A stretch of 64,000 nt of DNA from an uncultured Nitrospiraceae bacterium (GCA_963846575.1 CAWJWJ010000002.1:2016001-2080000), one strand, 5' to 3'; shown: positions 19,977 to 30,030, counted from the first letter of the stretch. Translations and numbers: made by a program. The notes: generated by a model not told the origin, from the sequence alone.

Positions 19977-21875
19977 TTACATTTTCCCCGCAAGCGACGG
20001 CGGCACCGTCGCAATCCGAGCCGCCTGGAATTGCAAATCCGGCAGCTTCTGCAACCCGAACCGGGCGATATAGAGAAAGATATATTCGCGGATGAAGAGC
20101 CGCAGATCCCAGCCGGGATTGTGGTTCCGCTCGAATTCCTCGAACACCCGCTCGGCCTCCTCGATGCTCAGCCCCTGCTTCACGGTGAAGTAGTAGTCGA
20201 GCGCCAGATCCCATTCGGGATTCTTGTAGGCGGTCACGCCCCACTTCTCCGGATGTTTCGCCACAGGATTATGCCGCCCGAGATCGAACGTGCCGAACCC
20301 CAGCGAATGGACATGGTCCTTGTTCTGCTCCAGGAACTCCACCGACGACCAGGCTTCCTCCCGCGTCTCGCCGGGAAAACCGAAGAACCCCATGCAATGG
20401 TTCCAAATGCCGACGTTCGCCGACAACTGCAGGTGTTTCGTGATCACCTCCGTCGTCGTCGCCTTGTCCATGAGCTTCAATACACGCTCGTTTCCCGACT
20501 CGTAGCCGAAATGCAAATACCGGCAGCCCGAGTCGCGCGCATCCTGCCAGACCTGTTCTTCCAGCAGACTTTTCTCGAACCGCATGTGCGTCGTCCAGAC
20601 GATGCCCATCTTGCTCTCGATGAGCCCGCGCGCCAGTTTGCGGAACAGCGCCGGCGGGTAGGACTCATCGGTAAAGTGAAAGTGCGTCGCGCCGTACTTG
20701 TCGCGCAGATGTTGCACCTCGGCCAGAATGTCCTGGATCTTCTTCGTCCGGTAGCCTGCCGTGTACCCCTCGCCATGGTCGCAGAACTCGCAGCGGCCCC
20801 AGTAGCACCCGCGCGTCGCCAGATAGGGCAGGATCTTCGTCGGCACGAAATACTTGTCGAGCGGCAGGCCGTCGAAATCCGGCGGCGGCAGCAGAGCCAT
20901 ATCTTCAGCATAACTCGTGGGCGAGGTATGCACGCCGGTTTCGTCTTTATACATAGTATTGGGCACATCCGCGAGACTCCGCTTCGCCCCTACGGCCGAC
21001 ACCAGCTGCACGAACGCCGTCTCCCCTTCATAGACCACGGCGCTGTCGAAGTATTGGAACAACGGCGACTCCGGCAGCACGTCGCGCAGGCGGGTGACCG
21101 TGTTACCGCCGATCGTCACATGAATGTGGGGGAAGTGCTGTTTGATGAGAGCGCAAAACGTCATGGAGGAAAACATCTGCTGCTGCAGAACGATCGAGAT
21201 CCCGATCACGTCGGGCTGCTCCCGCTCGATCGCCGGCTTCACGAGATGCTCGAACACGTCGCGATAGATGTTGACCTGGGTGTCGTTCACCGCATCCATC
21301 ACTTCGGCAGACACGAAGACTTTATAGGACAGATCGGTCTCCATGGGCGGCATGCAGATGCGGGCCGGCGCATAGACCATCGAGATCACGGTGGTGACCT
21401 CGCGGAACACATGAATGGCCCACTCCAACTGGTCGATTTCGTAGAAGACTTCACCCCTGATGATCGCCTTCGCCTTCTCCGCCTTCTTGATCAGGTCATC
21501 GATCCGCTGGCGCGTCAGGTCGCAGAGCGTCAGCTGGAGATCCTGCTCCCATTCCTCGAGTTCGCGTTTCTTGGCAAGCTTGCGGAGCCGGTCGAGCTGT
21601 TGGGGCACCCGGCGGAGAACCTTCTTCAAGAAGTCCTCGCTGAAGTACCAGTCGTACATCTCGAGGTTGATGTCTTTTTGCACGACCTCATGGCCGGCCT
21701 GGCGGAGGACGGCGGTCAGGGAGGGAAGGCTGAGATAGGGTTCGGAGGGGAACCAGTCGGGCGGGAAGATCAGCATGACCTTCATTTTCCGGCCGCCGGT
21801 GGCTTCTGACGACTGGCGCTGGAGCATCATCAGCTCGCGGGACGCACGCTCGCCCTTTGTATATTCGATCCTCAT
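19977..21875 (-). CDS. Cobalamin-binding radical SAM enzyme (paralog of 18004-19974)
   Basis: LIFPP, PDVIGISI, HVTIGG, YEGE, TRGCYWGRCEFC, GYESG, GFPGET. Confidence 0.92.
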   Translation of the reverse strand: MRIEYTKGERASRELMMLQRQSSEATGGRKMKVMLIFPPDWFPSEPYLSLPSLTAVLRQAGHEVVQKDINLEMYDWYFSEDFLKKVLRRVPQQLDRLRKLAKKRELEEWEQDLQLTLCDLTRQRIDDLIKKAEKAKAIIRGEVFYEIDQLEWAIHVFREVTTVISMVYAPARICMPPMETDLSYKVFVSAEVMDAVNDTQVNIYRDVFEHLVKPAIEREQPDVIGISIVLQQQMFSSMTFCALIKQHFPHIHVTIGGNTVTRLRDVLPESPLFQYFDSAVVYEGETAFVQLVSAVGAKRSLADVPNTMYKDETGVHTSPTSYAEDMALLPPPDFDGLPLDKYFVPTKILPYLATRGCYWGRCEFCDHGEGYTAGYRTKKIQDILAEVQHLRDKYGATHFHFTDESYPPALFRKLARGLIESKMGIVWTTHMRFEKSLLEEQVWQDARDSGCRYLHFGYESGNERVLKLMDKATTTEVITKHLQLSANVGIWNHCMGFFGFPGETREEAWSSVEFLEQNKDHVHSLGFGTFDLGRHNPVAKHPEKWGVTAYKNPEWDLALDYYFTVKQGLSIEEAERVFEEFERNHNPGWDLRLFIREYIFLYIARFGLQKLPDLQFQAARIATVPPSLAGKM

Positions 21876-21947
21876 ACGCGGTGTGTCCGGTTCATGGGTG
21901 GCTCCGCGAAACCGTGTATAGACAATCAGTTAGCTGAGAACGCCTGC

Positions 21948-21977
21948 ATTCTACGAGGCGGGAAGAGGAAGGGTCAA
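21948..21977 (-). promoter_or_regulatory. Putative sigma70 promoter for the radical SAM pair
   Basis: Minus strand TTGACC-18 nt-TAGAAT, about 70 nt upstream of ATG 21875. Confidence 0.6.
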
Positions 21978-21984
21978 GGGGTGG

Positions 21985-22220
21985 GAGGGGGGGCGGCCTG
22001 ATGGTCTCCTGTGCTCGCGCAACGCGCGGTCGCAGACTTCCCTCGTTGGACGCGCGCAGTCAGGAGGCCCCACAGGCCACCCTCTGGAGAAAACCGGCAA
22101 AAACGGATGCAATATTTCATAGCGGAGCGCGCGCAGTGAGAGAACATCCGGCCCTGCCCTTGAAAGGGGTGAGAAGGGCGCGGGCGCGTTTTCGCTAGCT
22201 AGCACCAGGCGAGAAAGCCG
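21985..22220. repeat. Long imperfect hairpin element (REP/MITE-like or structured RNA)
   Basis: Nested pairs GGCGGCCTG/CAGGCCACC, GGTCTCCTG/CAGGAGGCC, TGCTCGCG/CGCGCGCA, CAACG/CGTTG; further stems to about 22220; CGCGCGCAGT occurs twice. Confidence 0.6.
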
Positions 22221-22392
22221 TTGAGCCATGGGGAATCAGTACGGCTTACCCTAAGTCAACCAGACTGCGGATCAGGTTGAGATAGTCCCAGGTGAAAAGA
22301 CGGCTTCCCAGAATCAGAACGTTGGATCCACCTCCGGCTTTGCAGTACACTCGCCGCGGCACTCCCGGATAGACCAACCGAGAACTGAGTTT

Positions 22393-23082
22393 ATGCCAGA
22401 TACTGTTCTCTCCCATACTGAAATGTGTCGACGCGAAGGCGTCAATCTTCAACGGGGAATGAATTACGGGCTTGGAGGCAATCATTCCGTTATTCTCATG
22501 TCGGTGCGTCCGAATTCTCCGTATCGAGATCGCCTTGAAGATGGTGGCATTACGTTAATCTATGAAGGACACGACCAACCACAAACCCCGTTATGTCCTA
22601 TTCCAAAGAAGGTTGATCAACCTGGCGTTCTGCCATCCGGAAAGCTCACCCAGAACGGCAAGTTCCATGCAGCCGCACAAACATATAAGAAGGGAGCACG
22701 CTGCCCAGAGCGAGTCAGAGTATATGAAAAGCTTCGCTCAGGCATATGGTCATACAACGGAATCTTCCATCTCGTGGACGCTTGGCAGGAACGCGATGAG
22801 CATCGCCTTGTTTACAAATTTAAGCTCATAGCGGTGGAAGGTGACGAGGACTTTGCTGGGCCGGTTCACATGGACGCAGAGCGGCGCCGAATTATTCCAA
22901 CGGCCGTCAAGCTTGAAGTTTGGAAACGAGACGGCGGAAAGTGTCGGATATGCGACGCAAAGGACGAGCTGCACTTTGATCACATCGTCCCCTTCTCACG
23001 AGGTGGCACCTCGCTCACCGTCGAGAATGTTCAGCTGCTCTGCGCGCGTCACAACCTCCAGAAGAGAGCCAGCATCGTATGA
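22393..23082 (+). CDS. SRA(YDG)-like domain fused to HNH endonuclease; putative modification-dependent restriction enzyme
   Basis: YRDR..DGG..LIYEGHD, NGKF, VRVYEK, YNGIFHLVDAW...VYKFKL (SRA-like); RDGGKCRIC, HFDHIVPFSRGG, NVQLLCARHN (HNH). Confidence 0.8.
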   Translation: MPDTVLSHTEMCRREGVNLQRGMNYGLGGNHSVILMSVRPNSPYRDRLEDGGITLIYEGHDQPQTPLCPIPKKVDQPGVLPSGKLTQNGKFHAAAQTYKKGARCPERVRVYEKLRSGIWSYNGIFHLVDAWQERDEHRLVYKFKLIAVEGDEDFAGPVHMDAERRRIIPTAVKLEVWKRDGGKCRICDAKDELHFDHIVPFSRGGTSLTVENVQLLCARHNLQKRASIV

Positions 23083-23235
23083 GCACTTCCTATGATTACT
23101 GTTTTTGATGAAAATAATCGGACGATCACTTTTCTGCGCGGTTCCGCATCCGTCAAACCTCTCTCGTGCGGATGATTCATTGCTCAACAGGCACGAGAGA
23201 TCTCACAACAGACATCCCCTCCCCTCGCACCGCAA

Positions 23236-23264
23236 TAGACGAGGCCGAGGAGAACCAGTAGAAT
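23236..23264 (+). promoter_or_regulatory. Putative sigma70 promoter of pyk
   Basis: TAGACG-17 nt-TAGAAT. Confidence 0.55.
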
Positions 23265-23361
23265 GACCCTCGTTCCATCCGTATCCCCCCGCACGAAATC
23301 GTCATAAGGCGGTAGCGTACGCCTCGGCTAGCGCGGAGCGCTCACGATCCCAAGGAGCTAC

Positions 23362-24801
23362 ATGCAAAAGACCCGCATCATCTGCACCATCGGCCCCGCC
23401 ACCGACTCCTACGAGATGTTACAGAAGCTGTACGACGCGGGCATGAGTATCGCCCGGCTGAACATGTCTCACGGCGACCACGAATCCCACGCCAAGGTCA
23501 TCCAGCACATCAAGACACTCAACCGGAAGGTGAAGTTTCCCATCCCCATCCTCCTGGACACGCAGGGGCCGGAGATCCGCACCGGGCACCTCTCCAACGA
23601 GCTCGATCTGCGGCAGGGCGACATCGTCTCCGTCACCACGCGTGGACCGACGGACGTGGAAGAGAGCTCCATTCAGATCAACTATGAGGACCTGCTCGAG
23701 GCGGTCAACGTCGGGGACAGGATCACCGTGGATAACGGGCTGATCAATTTCGAAGTGCTGGAGAAGCAGGAGCGCCTCATGCGCTGTCGCGTCCTGGACG
23801 GCGGGCTCCTGAAGAGCAAGCGCCACGTGAACCTCCCGGGCATCCGGGTCAATCTCCCGGCGATCACGCAGAAGGACACCAAGGATATCCTCTTCGGCCT
23901 GGAACGGGATGTGGACTTCATCGCCCTGTCGTTCGTGCGCGAGGCGGGGGATGTCCAGCAGCTCAAGGCACTCCTGGGCGACAAGGCCGGCAGAGTCAAG
24001 ATTGTCGCGAAGATCGAAGATCAGGAAGGGGTCCGGAACCTCGAAGCCATCATCAAAGAATCGGACGGCATCATGGTCGCCCGTGGAGACCTGGGCGTGG
24101 AGATCAACCTGGAGGATCTGCCGAACGTCCAGCGCACGATCGTGCGGCTCTGCGCCGAATACGGCAAACGCGTGATCGTCGCGACCCATCTCCTCGAATC
24201 CATGATCCATTATCCGCATCCCACCCGCGCCGAGGTCACCGACGTCGCCAATGCGATCTACGAAGAGGCCGATGCCGTCATGCTGTCCGGGGAAACCACG
24301 GTGGGAAAGTATCCGCTGAAGTGTGTCGAATACCTCCGCAGGATTGCGTTGAAATCCGAAACGATCCCTGGTCTGCAATTCGCGAAACACTTGCGCAATG
24401 CAGGCAATAAGCAGCAGCTGGCGGGGGCCGCCGTTCAGCTCGCCGAAGGGGTGAAGGCCAGGGGCATCGTCGTGATCACCAGGCGCGGACTCATGGCCGA
24501 TCTCGTCGCAAACTGCCGCCCGTTCGCGACCACCATCTACGCCTTTACCAACATGAGCCAACCGCGGCGGACCATGATGCTCAACCGCGGAGTCCTGCCC
24601 TTCAAGATCGATTTCAGTTCGGACCCTGAGAAAACTCTGCAAACAGCCTTTCGGATCCTGAAAGACCGTGAAGGGTTTCAGGCCGGGGACAAGGTCGTGA
24701 TCATCTCCGACGTCCTGGCCCTGCAACGGGTCGACTCGATTCAGATTCGTGACATCCCCCCGGACGACCTCCCTCCCGGCGCATCCTCGGTGACTCGCTG
24801 A
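23362..24801 (+). CDS. pyk: Pyruvate kinase
   Basis: TRIICTIGPA, ARLNMSHG, DTQGPEIRTG, AKIE, MVARGDLGVE, PTRAEVTDVANA, MLSGET. Confidence 0.97.
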   Translation: MQKTRIICTIGPATDSYEMLQKLYDAGMSIARLNMSHGDHESHAKVIQHIKTLNRKVKFPIPILLDTQGPEIRTGHLSNELDLRQGDIVSVTTRGPTDVEESSIQINYEDLLEAVNVGDRITVDNGLINFEVLEKQERLMRCRVLDGGLLKSKRHVNLPGIRVNLPAITQKDTKDILFGLERDVDFIALSFVREAGDVQQLKALLGDKAGRVKIVAKIEDQEGVRNLEAIIKESDGIMVARGDLGVEINLEDLPNVQRTIVRLCAEYGKRVIVATHLLESMIHYPHPTRAEVTDVANAIYEEADAVMLSGETTVGKYPLKCVEYLRRIALKSETIPGLQFAKHLRNAGNKQQLAGAAVQLAEGVKARGIVVITRRGLMADLVANCRPFATTIYAFTNMSQPRRTMMLNRGVLPFKIDFSSDPEKTLQTAFRILKDREGFQAGDKVVIISDVLALQRVDSIQIRDIPPDDLPPGASSVTR

Positions 24802-24955
24802 GCGAGCGCCACTTGATTGGGTGGCCGTGAATTGACCCGGCACCGGTTGCCGGTGCGGCAAGCGGTTCGACCAGCAAGCCACTCCCGGGATGAGGCGCCG
24901 GCTCCGCCTTGAAAAAGACCCGTTCGCGCGCCCGCACGTGAACGGCGACCAGGCC

Positions 24956-25510
24956 TTACTCACCCGGGATACGGTATCGCAGCTCCGCGAAGCCGGGACC
25001 AATCGCGCGGGCCGACTCAAGAACGAGGGAGGGCGATGTGATTGTACGGGGCAGGAGCGGCTTACCCGATCCGAGAGTGACAGATCCGATGTGCACAATC
25101 AGTTCGTCGAGGAGTCCGGCGTCATAAAACTGTCCGACCAATTCGCCTCCGCCGACGAGCCAGATATTTTTGCCACGCGCCGCGTCCCTCATCTCAGCAT
25201 GCACGGGGCGAACGTCCCCCTCTACCAATCGGATCTCGGCACCTTCTACGAGGGGAAGCCGGCGACTCGAAAACACCCACGTGGGCTGCGTGTAAGGCCA
25301 GGCGACCGGTTCACGCCCTACGGCGTTGATGACATTGCGGAGCATCCACTCATAGGTGGCGGAGCCCATCGCCAAGGCGCCAACCTCCTTGATGAAGGCC
25401 GGATACCCTGTTTCATTGATATCGCCAAGGGGGAAGAGCCAGTCGAGAGAGTCGTCTAAAGTCGCGATGAATCCATCAAGAGTTGAGGCGGTGTAATACT
25501 GGGTAGTCAT
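24956..25510 (-). CDS. Dihydrofolate reductase/RibD C-terminal family protein
   Basis: STLDGFIA...LDWL, MGSATYEW, IWLVGGGELV, LLDEL, LGSGKPL. Confidence 0.9.
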   Translation of the reverse strand: MTTQYYTASTLDGFIATLDDSLDWLFPLGDINETGYPAFIKEVGALAMGSATYEWMLRNVINAVGREPVAWPYTQPTWVFSSRRLPLVEGAEIRLVEGDVRPVHAEMRDAARGKNIWLVGGGELVGQFYDAGLLDELIVHIGSVTLGSGKPLLPRTITSPSLVLESARAIGPGFAELRYRIPGE

Positions 25511-25611
25511 GGACGATGTACCTCCTTACAGACGCTCACATATTCAGCCTGATTCACGGCACACAAAGCGGGCCAGGAATTTTGTCGGAGGCCCCCAATT
25601 CCAACTCAACT

Positions 25612-25636
25612 AGGGTCAGGTCTTGCAATCACACAT
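25612..25636 (+). repeat. Direct repeat, copy 1 (AGGGTCAGGTCTTGCAATCACACAT)
   Basis: First 19 bp identical to 28139-28157; 23 of 25 bp match overall. Confidence 0.85.
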
Positions 25637-25992
25637 CGGTCTGAGCTGCCTGCTTTGAAGGGCGGCCGGCCGTCGCAGAGACCGCACAATGGTCCTTTCG
25701 GACCTCCGATCCCTAAACTGACGGTGGGACGCATGTGAAGCGGGTCAACGCTTCTGTCCTCTGAAACCGAACCCGCGAAGAGGGCCGCCGTGTCTGCCTC
25801 TATCGAGTATGAGGAATGCCACCGACCACTCGATTCGACTGAGGCTGCGCCCGGGCTTCCTGGCGGCGGGGATGGGTCTGTCCCGTTGGTAGCATACGCG
25901 GTGCGATCTCCAGCCGCCCTGTTCAGGCCTGATCCCGAATCTCGAGAGAGCACCGGACCATCTGCAATCTGTCCTGGCGGGCTGCGGGCGAC

Positions 25993-26898
25993 CTACCTGC
26001 GTGAGCGGATTGCCGTGCAAACATCCCGGACGTGGCTGCGGAGCCAGCGATGCGCGAGATCGGCATCCAGCCGCGGGTGCCAGAGCAAGGACACCGTGAA
26101 CTCCCGCAGGGAGACCGGAAGAGGGAAGCTATGCATGCCAGCGCGCAGGTTGCCGGTGTGCCGTTCCGGGACCGTGGCGATCAGGTCGGAAGCCCGGGCC
26201 AGGCCCAGCGCAGTGGAGAATCCGGCGACGATCGTGACGATCTCCCGTTCCAGCCCTGACGGCTCCAGGGCGTCATCAATCGGTCCCCTGTCGAAACCCT
26301 CCCGCGAGACGCAGATGTGCCTGCCGCCCGCATAACGGGAGAGCGTGACCTTTCCCTTGCTCAGCGGATGCCCCTTTCGCACGACGCCAATCAAACGGTC
26401 TTTGAACAAGGCCTGCACACGGAGCTCCGGTGCCGTGGTCCTCTCCACCACACCTGTCTCCAGATCGACCGTTCCATCGCGAAGCGGCGTGCTGTCCTTG
26501 TTCGGCTTCTGCACGAAGCGCAGCCGCACACCGGGAGCCTCCTTGCCGATGCAAGCAATGAGGGCCGGTCCGAAGTTCTCCACAAAGCCTTCGCTGGTCC
26601 GAAGCGTAAACGTTCGGACGAGCTGTGTGAGGTTGAGGTTCCCGGCAGGGCGTAGGACAGCTGCGCCGTCCTGCACGAGTTGACTGACCCGCTCGCGGAG
26701 TTCGAGAGCCCGGGGTGTGGGTACGAGACCGCGCCCGGCCCGGATTAACAGCGGGTCGCCGGTCGTCTCACGCACTCGCGCCAGCGCCCGGCTCATCGCC
26801 GACGGGCTGAGCCGCAACCGTTGAGCCGCGCGCGCCACGCTACCCTCTTCCAGCAGCACATCGAGAGTGACCAGCAAGTTGAAATCGGGGGTCGACAT
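25993..26898 (-). CDS. LysR-family transcriptional regulator
   Basis: DFNLLVTLDVLLEEGSVARAAQRLRLSPSAMSRALAR, DPLLIRAGRGLVPTPRA, D.AHRWLR. Confidence 0.95.
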   Translation of the reverse strand: MSTPDFNLLVTLDVLLEEGSVARAAQRLRLSPSAMSRALARVRETTGDPLLIRAGRGLVPTPRALELRERVSQLVQDGAAVLRPAGNLNLTQLVRTFTLRTSEGFVENFGPALIACIGKEAPGVRLRFVQKPNKDSTPLRDGTVDLETGVVERTTAPELRVQALFKDRLIGVVRKGHPLSKGKVTLSRYAGGRHICVSREGFDRGPIDDALEPSGLEREIVTIVAGFSTALGLARASDLIATVPERHTGNLRAGMHSFPLPVSLREFTVSLLWHPRLDADLAHRWLRSHVRDVCTAIRSRR

Positions 26899-27067
26899 GC
26901 CGCGACCTTACCACAACCTGATCCTGGCATGGCGTCACACGCATGGATAACGTGAACATGGTGCGTCTTCCGCTCTCTGACGCAAGGGGGTATGCTCCTG
27001 ACGGTCCGTGGTTGGAGTTGTCGGAACGCGGCGTGATGCAGCAGGCATTTTCATAGGAGGGTCTATC

Positions 27068-27709
27068 GTGGATACAACGTTTTGGCACCGCCGGTGGGAA
27101 ACTAATCAGATTGCATTCCACGCCAATGATGTCAACCCGCTTCTGGTCACCTATTTCCAGGAGCTTTCGATCGTGAATGGCCATCGTGTATTTGTGCCGT
27201 TGTGCGGGAAGACCCTTGATATTCCTTGGCTGCTTACCAGCGGGTATCGGGTTGCCGGCGCAGAATTGAGTCCCATAGCCATTGAGCAGTTGTTTGCAGG
27301 TCTTGGAATGGAGCCGCAGGTGTCGAGCGTTGGTGGTGTCGATCATTATCGCGCCAACAATATCGACATCTTTGTCGGTGACATATTTGATGTGTCTCCC
27401 ACGGTGCTCGGCCCGGTCGATGCCATCTATGACAGGGCTGCTTTGGTGGCCCTGCCCAAAGCCTTGCGCGATCGGTACAGCGCGCACTTGACCGAACTCA
27501 CGAATGCGGCGCCCCAGTTACTCATCTGCTATCAGTACGACCAACGCGTCATGGAAGGGCCCCCATTTTCGATCAGTCATCAGGAAGTCCATCACCACTA
27601 TGGAGATCGTTACGATCTCACTCTCAGGGCCACGTACGAGGTGCCTGGTGGATTGAAAGGACAATGCGCTGCACAAGAAGTTGTCTGGTTATTACGACAT
27701 GATGACTGA
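27068..27709 (+). CDS. tpm: Thiopurine S-methyltransferase family protein
   Basis: FWHRRW..NQIAFH, RVFVPLCGKTLD, GAELS, GDIF, YDRAALVALP, GPPFSI; AGGAGG RBS before GTG 27068. Confidence 0.9.
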   Translation: MDTTFWHRRWETNQIAFHANDVNPLLVTYFQELSIVNGHRVFVPLCGKTLDIPWLLTSGYRVAGAELSPIAIEQLFAGLGMEPQVSSVGGVDHYRANNIDIFVGDIFDVSPTVLGPVDAIYDRAALVALPKALRDRYSAHLTELTNAAPQLLICYQYDQRVMEGPPFSISHQEVHHHYGDRYDLTLRATYEVPGGLKGQCAAQEVVWLLRHDD

Positions 27710-28120
27710 CATCAACGGGCATGTTGTGAGCAGACGGAATGAGGCTCTCCCGGGCGGGGCGGACGTGGCACGTCCGGTCCGGTGGTCGCTCGCCGGACTT
27801 TCACTCTCCATGTTGCTGTCCTCGCTCCACACCAGCATCGCCACCGTCGCCTTGCCGACGCTGGCACGGGCGTTCACCGCTTCGCTTCAGCAAGTCCAGT
27901 GGGTGATCCTCGCGTCTCTCCTCGCCGGCACGACCCTGATCGTCAGCGTCGGACGGCTCGGTGACATCATCGGGCGCCGACAGTTGCTCCTAACCGGAAT
28001 TGTCCTCTTTACGGCGGCTTCGCTCCTGTGCGGCCTCGCCCCCACGTTCTGGCTGTTAATTGCCGCCGGGTGGCGCAGGGCCTCGGAGGGGCCATCATGA
28101 TGACCCTGGTCACAGGCTGA
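27699..28120 (+). pseudogene. Truncated, frameshifted MFS (DHA2-like) efflux transporter
   Basis: LSSLHTSIATVALPTL, VQWVI, GRLGDIIGRR; 1-nt deletion near 28067, the shifted frame continues VAQGLGGAIMMTL, then stops at the repeat junction. Confidence 0.88.
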
Positions 28121-28163
28121 GGGTCAGGTCACAGGCTGAGGGTCAGGTCTTGCAATCGAACAT
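28108..28163 (+). repeat. 19-bp tandem duplication overlapping direct repeat copy 2
   Basis: GGTCACAGGCTGAGGGTCA at 28108-28126 and 28127-28145; AGGGTCAGGTCTTGCAATCGAACAT at 28139-28163. Confidence 0.88.
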
Positions 28164-28194
28164 GCCTGGTGCCTCGCTGCGGGTGACGGCCCCG

Positions 28195-30030
28195 TCAGCT
28201 CCCGTTAAGAGCCCGGTCAAGATTGAAGGCGGAGCTGATGAGCGCCAGATGAGTGAAGGCCTGAGGAAAATTCCCCAAGGCCTCTCCGCTATCCCCCGTT
28301 TCCTCCGCGTACAACCCGAGATGGTTGGCATAGCCGAGCATCCGTTCGAACAGGAGCCGCGCCTCTTCGAGCTTGCGGCGGTCCGAGCGGCCGGCACGGG
28401 TCAGCGCCTCCACGAGCCAAAAGCTGCACATATTGAAGGTGCCTTCCGATCCGTCCAGGCCGTCGCTGCCTTTCGCCGCGTCGTAGCGATACACCAGTCC
28501 ATCGGACACGAGGCCATGCTCCGTCGGTGGGCGGTTGATCGCGGCCAGCGTCTTGAGCATCCGGGGGTCGGTCGGCGAGATGAAGCGCACGAGGGGCATG
28601 ATCAGGTTGGAGGCATCCAGCGAGTCGCTTCCGTAGGACTGCACGAAACTCTCGCGCGACTCGTTCCATCCTTTTGTCATGATTTCTTCATAAATACGAT
28701 CCCTGGTCGTCAGCCATTTGAGATGGTCCGCCGGCAGCGACCGCTTGCCGGAAAGGCGCAGGCCTCGATCCAAGGCCACCCAGCACATGAGTTTGGAGTA
28801 GACAAAATGGCGGCGGCCGCCGCGGACTTCCCAGATGCCTTCGTCCTCACGTGTCCAGTTGTCGCACAGCCATTCCAATGAGTCGCGCACGTGGCCCCAG
28901 CTGCGGTAGGAGATGGGGGTCACGCCTTTGTCGTACAGATAGATGGAGTCCAGCAGTTCTCCATAGATATCCAGCTGCAAGTGCCGATAGGCATCATTGC
29001 CGATGCGGACCGGCCGCGAGCCCTTGTAGCCATCCAAGTGATCGAGGAGCTGCTCCGTCAAATCGGTGCGGCCGTCGATGCCGTAGACGATCTGCAGCGG
29101 ACCTGGCGCAGCGCATTCATTCCGCACCCGGGTATCCAGCCAGTTCATAAAGGCCGTTGCTTCCCGCGTGAAGCCGATGCGGAGGAAGCCATAGAGGGTG
29201 AAGGCCGAGTCCCTGATCCAGGTGTAGCGATAGTCCCAATTACGCACCCCGCCGAGCTGCTCGGGAAGGCCGCAGGTCGGCGCCGCAACGATGGCTCCGG
29301 TCGGTTCGTAGGTCAGCAGTTTCAACACCAGCGCCGAGCGGGATACCATCTCACGCCACCGGCCCGTGTAGCGGCTATGTGACAACCATTCATGCCAAAA
29401 GTCTATGGTCGATTGGAACACGGCCTCGGCATGGCCCTCCGGCAAAATGCCCCCGCAGCGTTCCCCGTCAGCGATTCCACGCAAGACACAGACCGCGTGT
29501 TCTCCTCGCTGCAACGTGAACTCCGCGAAGACGCCCCGCCCGTCCTGCTTGAGCGGCAGGATCGTCGCGAGTCCCAAGGTCAGCCCCGGTGTGGAAAAGA
29601 CTGCCCCGCCCGAGCTGATGTGCGTTTCGTGAGGTCTACGCGCATAGTCGAAGGCGGGATGACATTCGAGACGGAACGTCACCTGCCCGCGCACCACTTT
29701 GACGCGGCGAACCAACTGGTGGAACAGGTCGGGACCTTCATGGGTGCTGACCGGCATGAAGTCTTCGATCTCCCCGACACCTTCGCTCGACAAAAAACGC
29801 GTGACCAACACGTTCGTATCCGGCCAATAGAACTGCTTGGTGGTCGTCTGAGTCAGACAGGGGGCGATACTGAACCGGCCACCTTTGACGTCGTCGAGAA
29901 TGGCCGCGAAGACGCTGGGAGAATCGAAGTAGGGGAAACACAACCAATCGATGGAGCCATCCCGTCCCACCAGGGCGCTGGTGCGCATATTGCCGATGAT
30001 CCCGTAGTTTTCGATAGGTTGATAGGCCAT
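28195..30030 (-). CDS. Glycoside hydrolase family 15 (trehalase/glucoamylase-like)
   Basis: [51 protein letters not shown]. Confidence 0.95.
   Translation of the reverse strand: MAYQPIENYGIIGNMRTSALVGRDGSIDWLCFPYFDSPSVFAAILDDVKGGRFSIAPCLTQTTTKQFYWPDTNVLVTRFLSSEGVGEIEDFMPVSTHEGPDLFHQLVRRVKVVRGQVTFRLECHPAFDYARRPHETHISSGGAVFSTPGLTLGLATILPLKQDGRGVFAEFTLQRGEHAVCVLRGIADGERCGGILPEGHAEAVFQSTIDFWHEWLSHSRYTGRWREMVSRSALVLKLLTYEPTGAIVAAPTCGLPEQLGGVRNWDYRYTWIRDSAFTLYGFLRIGFTREATAFMNWLDTRVRNECAAPGPLQIVYGIDGRTDLTEQLLDHLDGYKGSRPVRIGNDAYRHLQLDIYGELLDSIYLYDKGVTPISYRSWGHVRDSLEWLCDNWTREDEGIWEVRGGRRHFVYSKLMCWVALDRGLRLSGKRSLPADHLKWLTTRDRIYEEIMTKGWNESRESFVQSYGSDSLDASNLIMPLVRFISPTDPRMLKTLAAINRPPTEHGLVSDGLVYRYDAAKGSDGLDGSEGTFNMCSFWLVEALTRAGRSDRRKLEEARLLFERMLGYANHLGLYAEETGDSGEALGNFPQAFTHLALISSAFNLDRALNGS

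Noticed and set aside
19975..20244. 90-aa N-terminal extension of the 18004 ORF in the ORF track
   Set aside because: Overlaps the paralog's 3' end; homology begins near MSVSG at 19974
20031..21809. 592-aa ORF antisense to the radical SAM gene
   Set aside because: Same antisense shadow effect; fully overlaps a well-supported gene
21951..22229. Small ORFs upstream of the radical SAM pair as RiPP precursor candidates
   Set aside because: They are translations of the hairpin element and overlap the predicted promoter; no RBS or leader/core pattern
23419..25098. 559-aa ORF antisense to pyk
   Set aside because: Shadow frame produced by the high third-position GC of pyk; no recognisable motifs
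28108..28163. Repeats as a mini-CRISPR array
   Set aside because: Adjacent tandem copies with no spacers and no cas genes in the window
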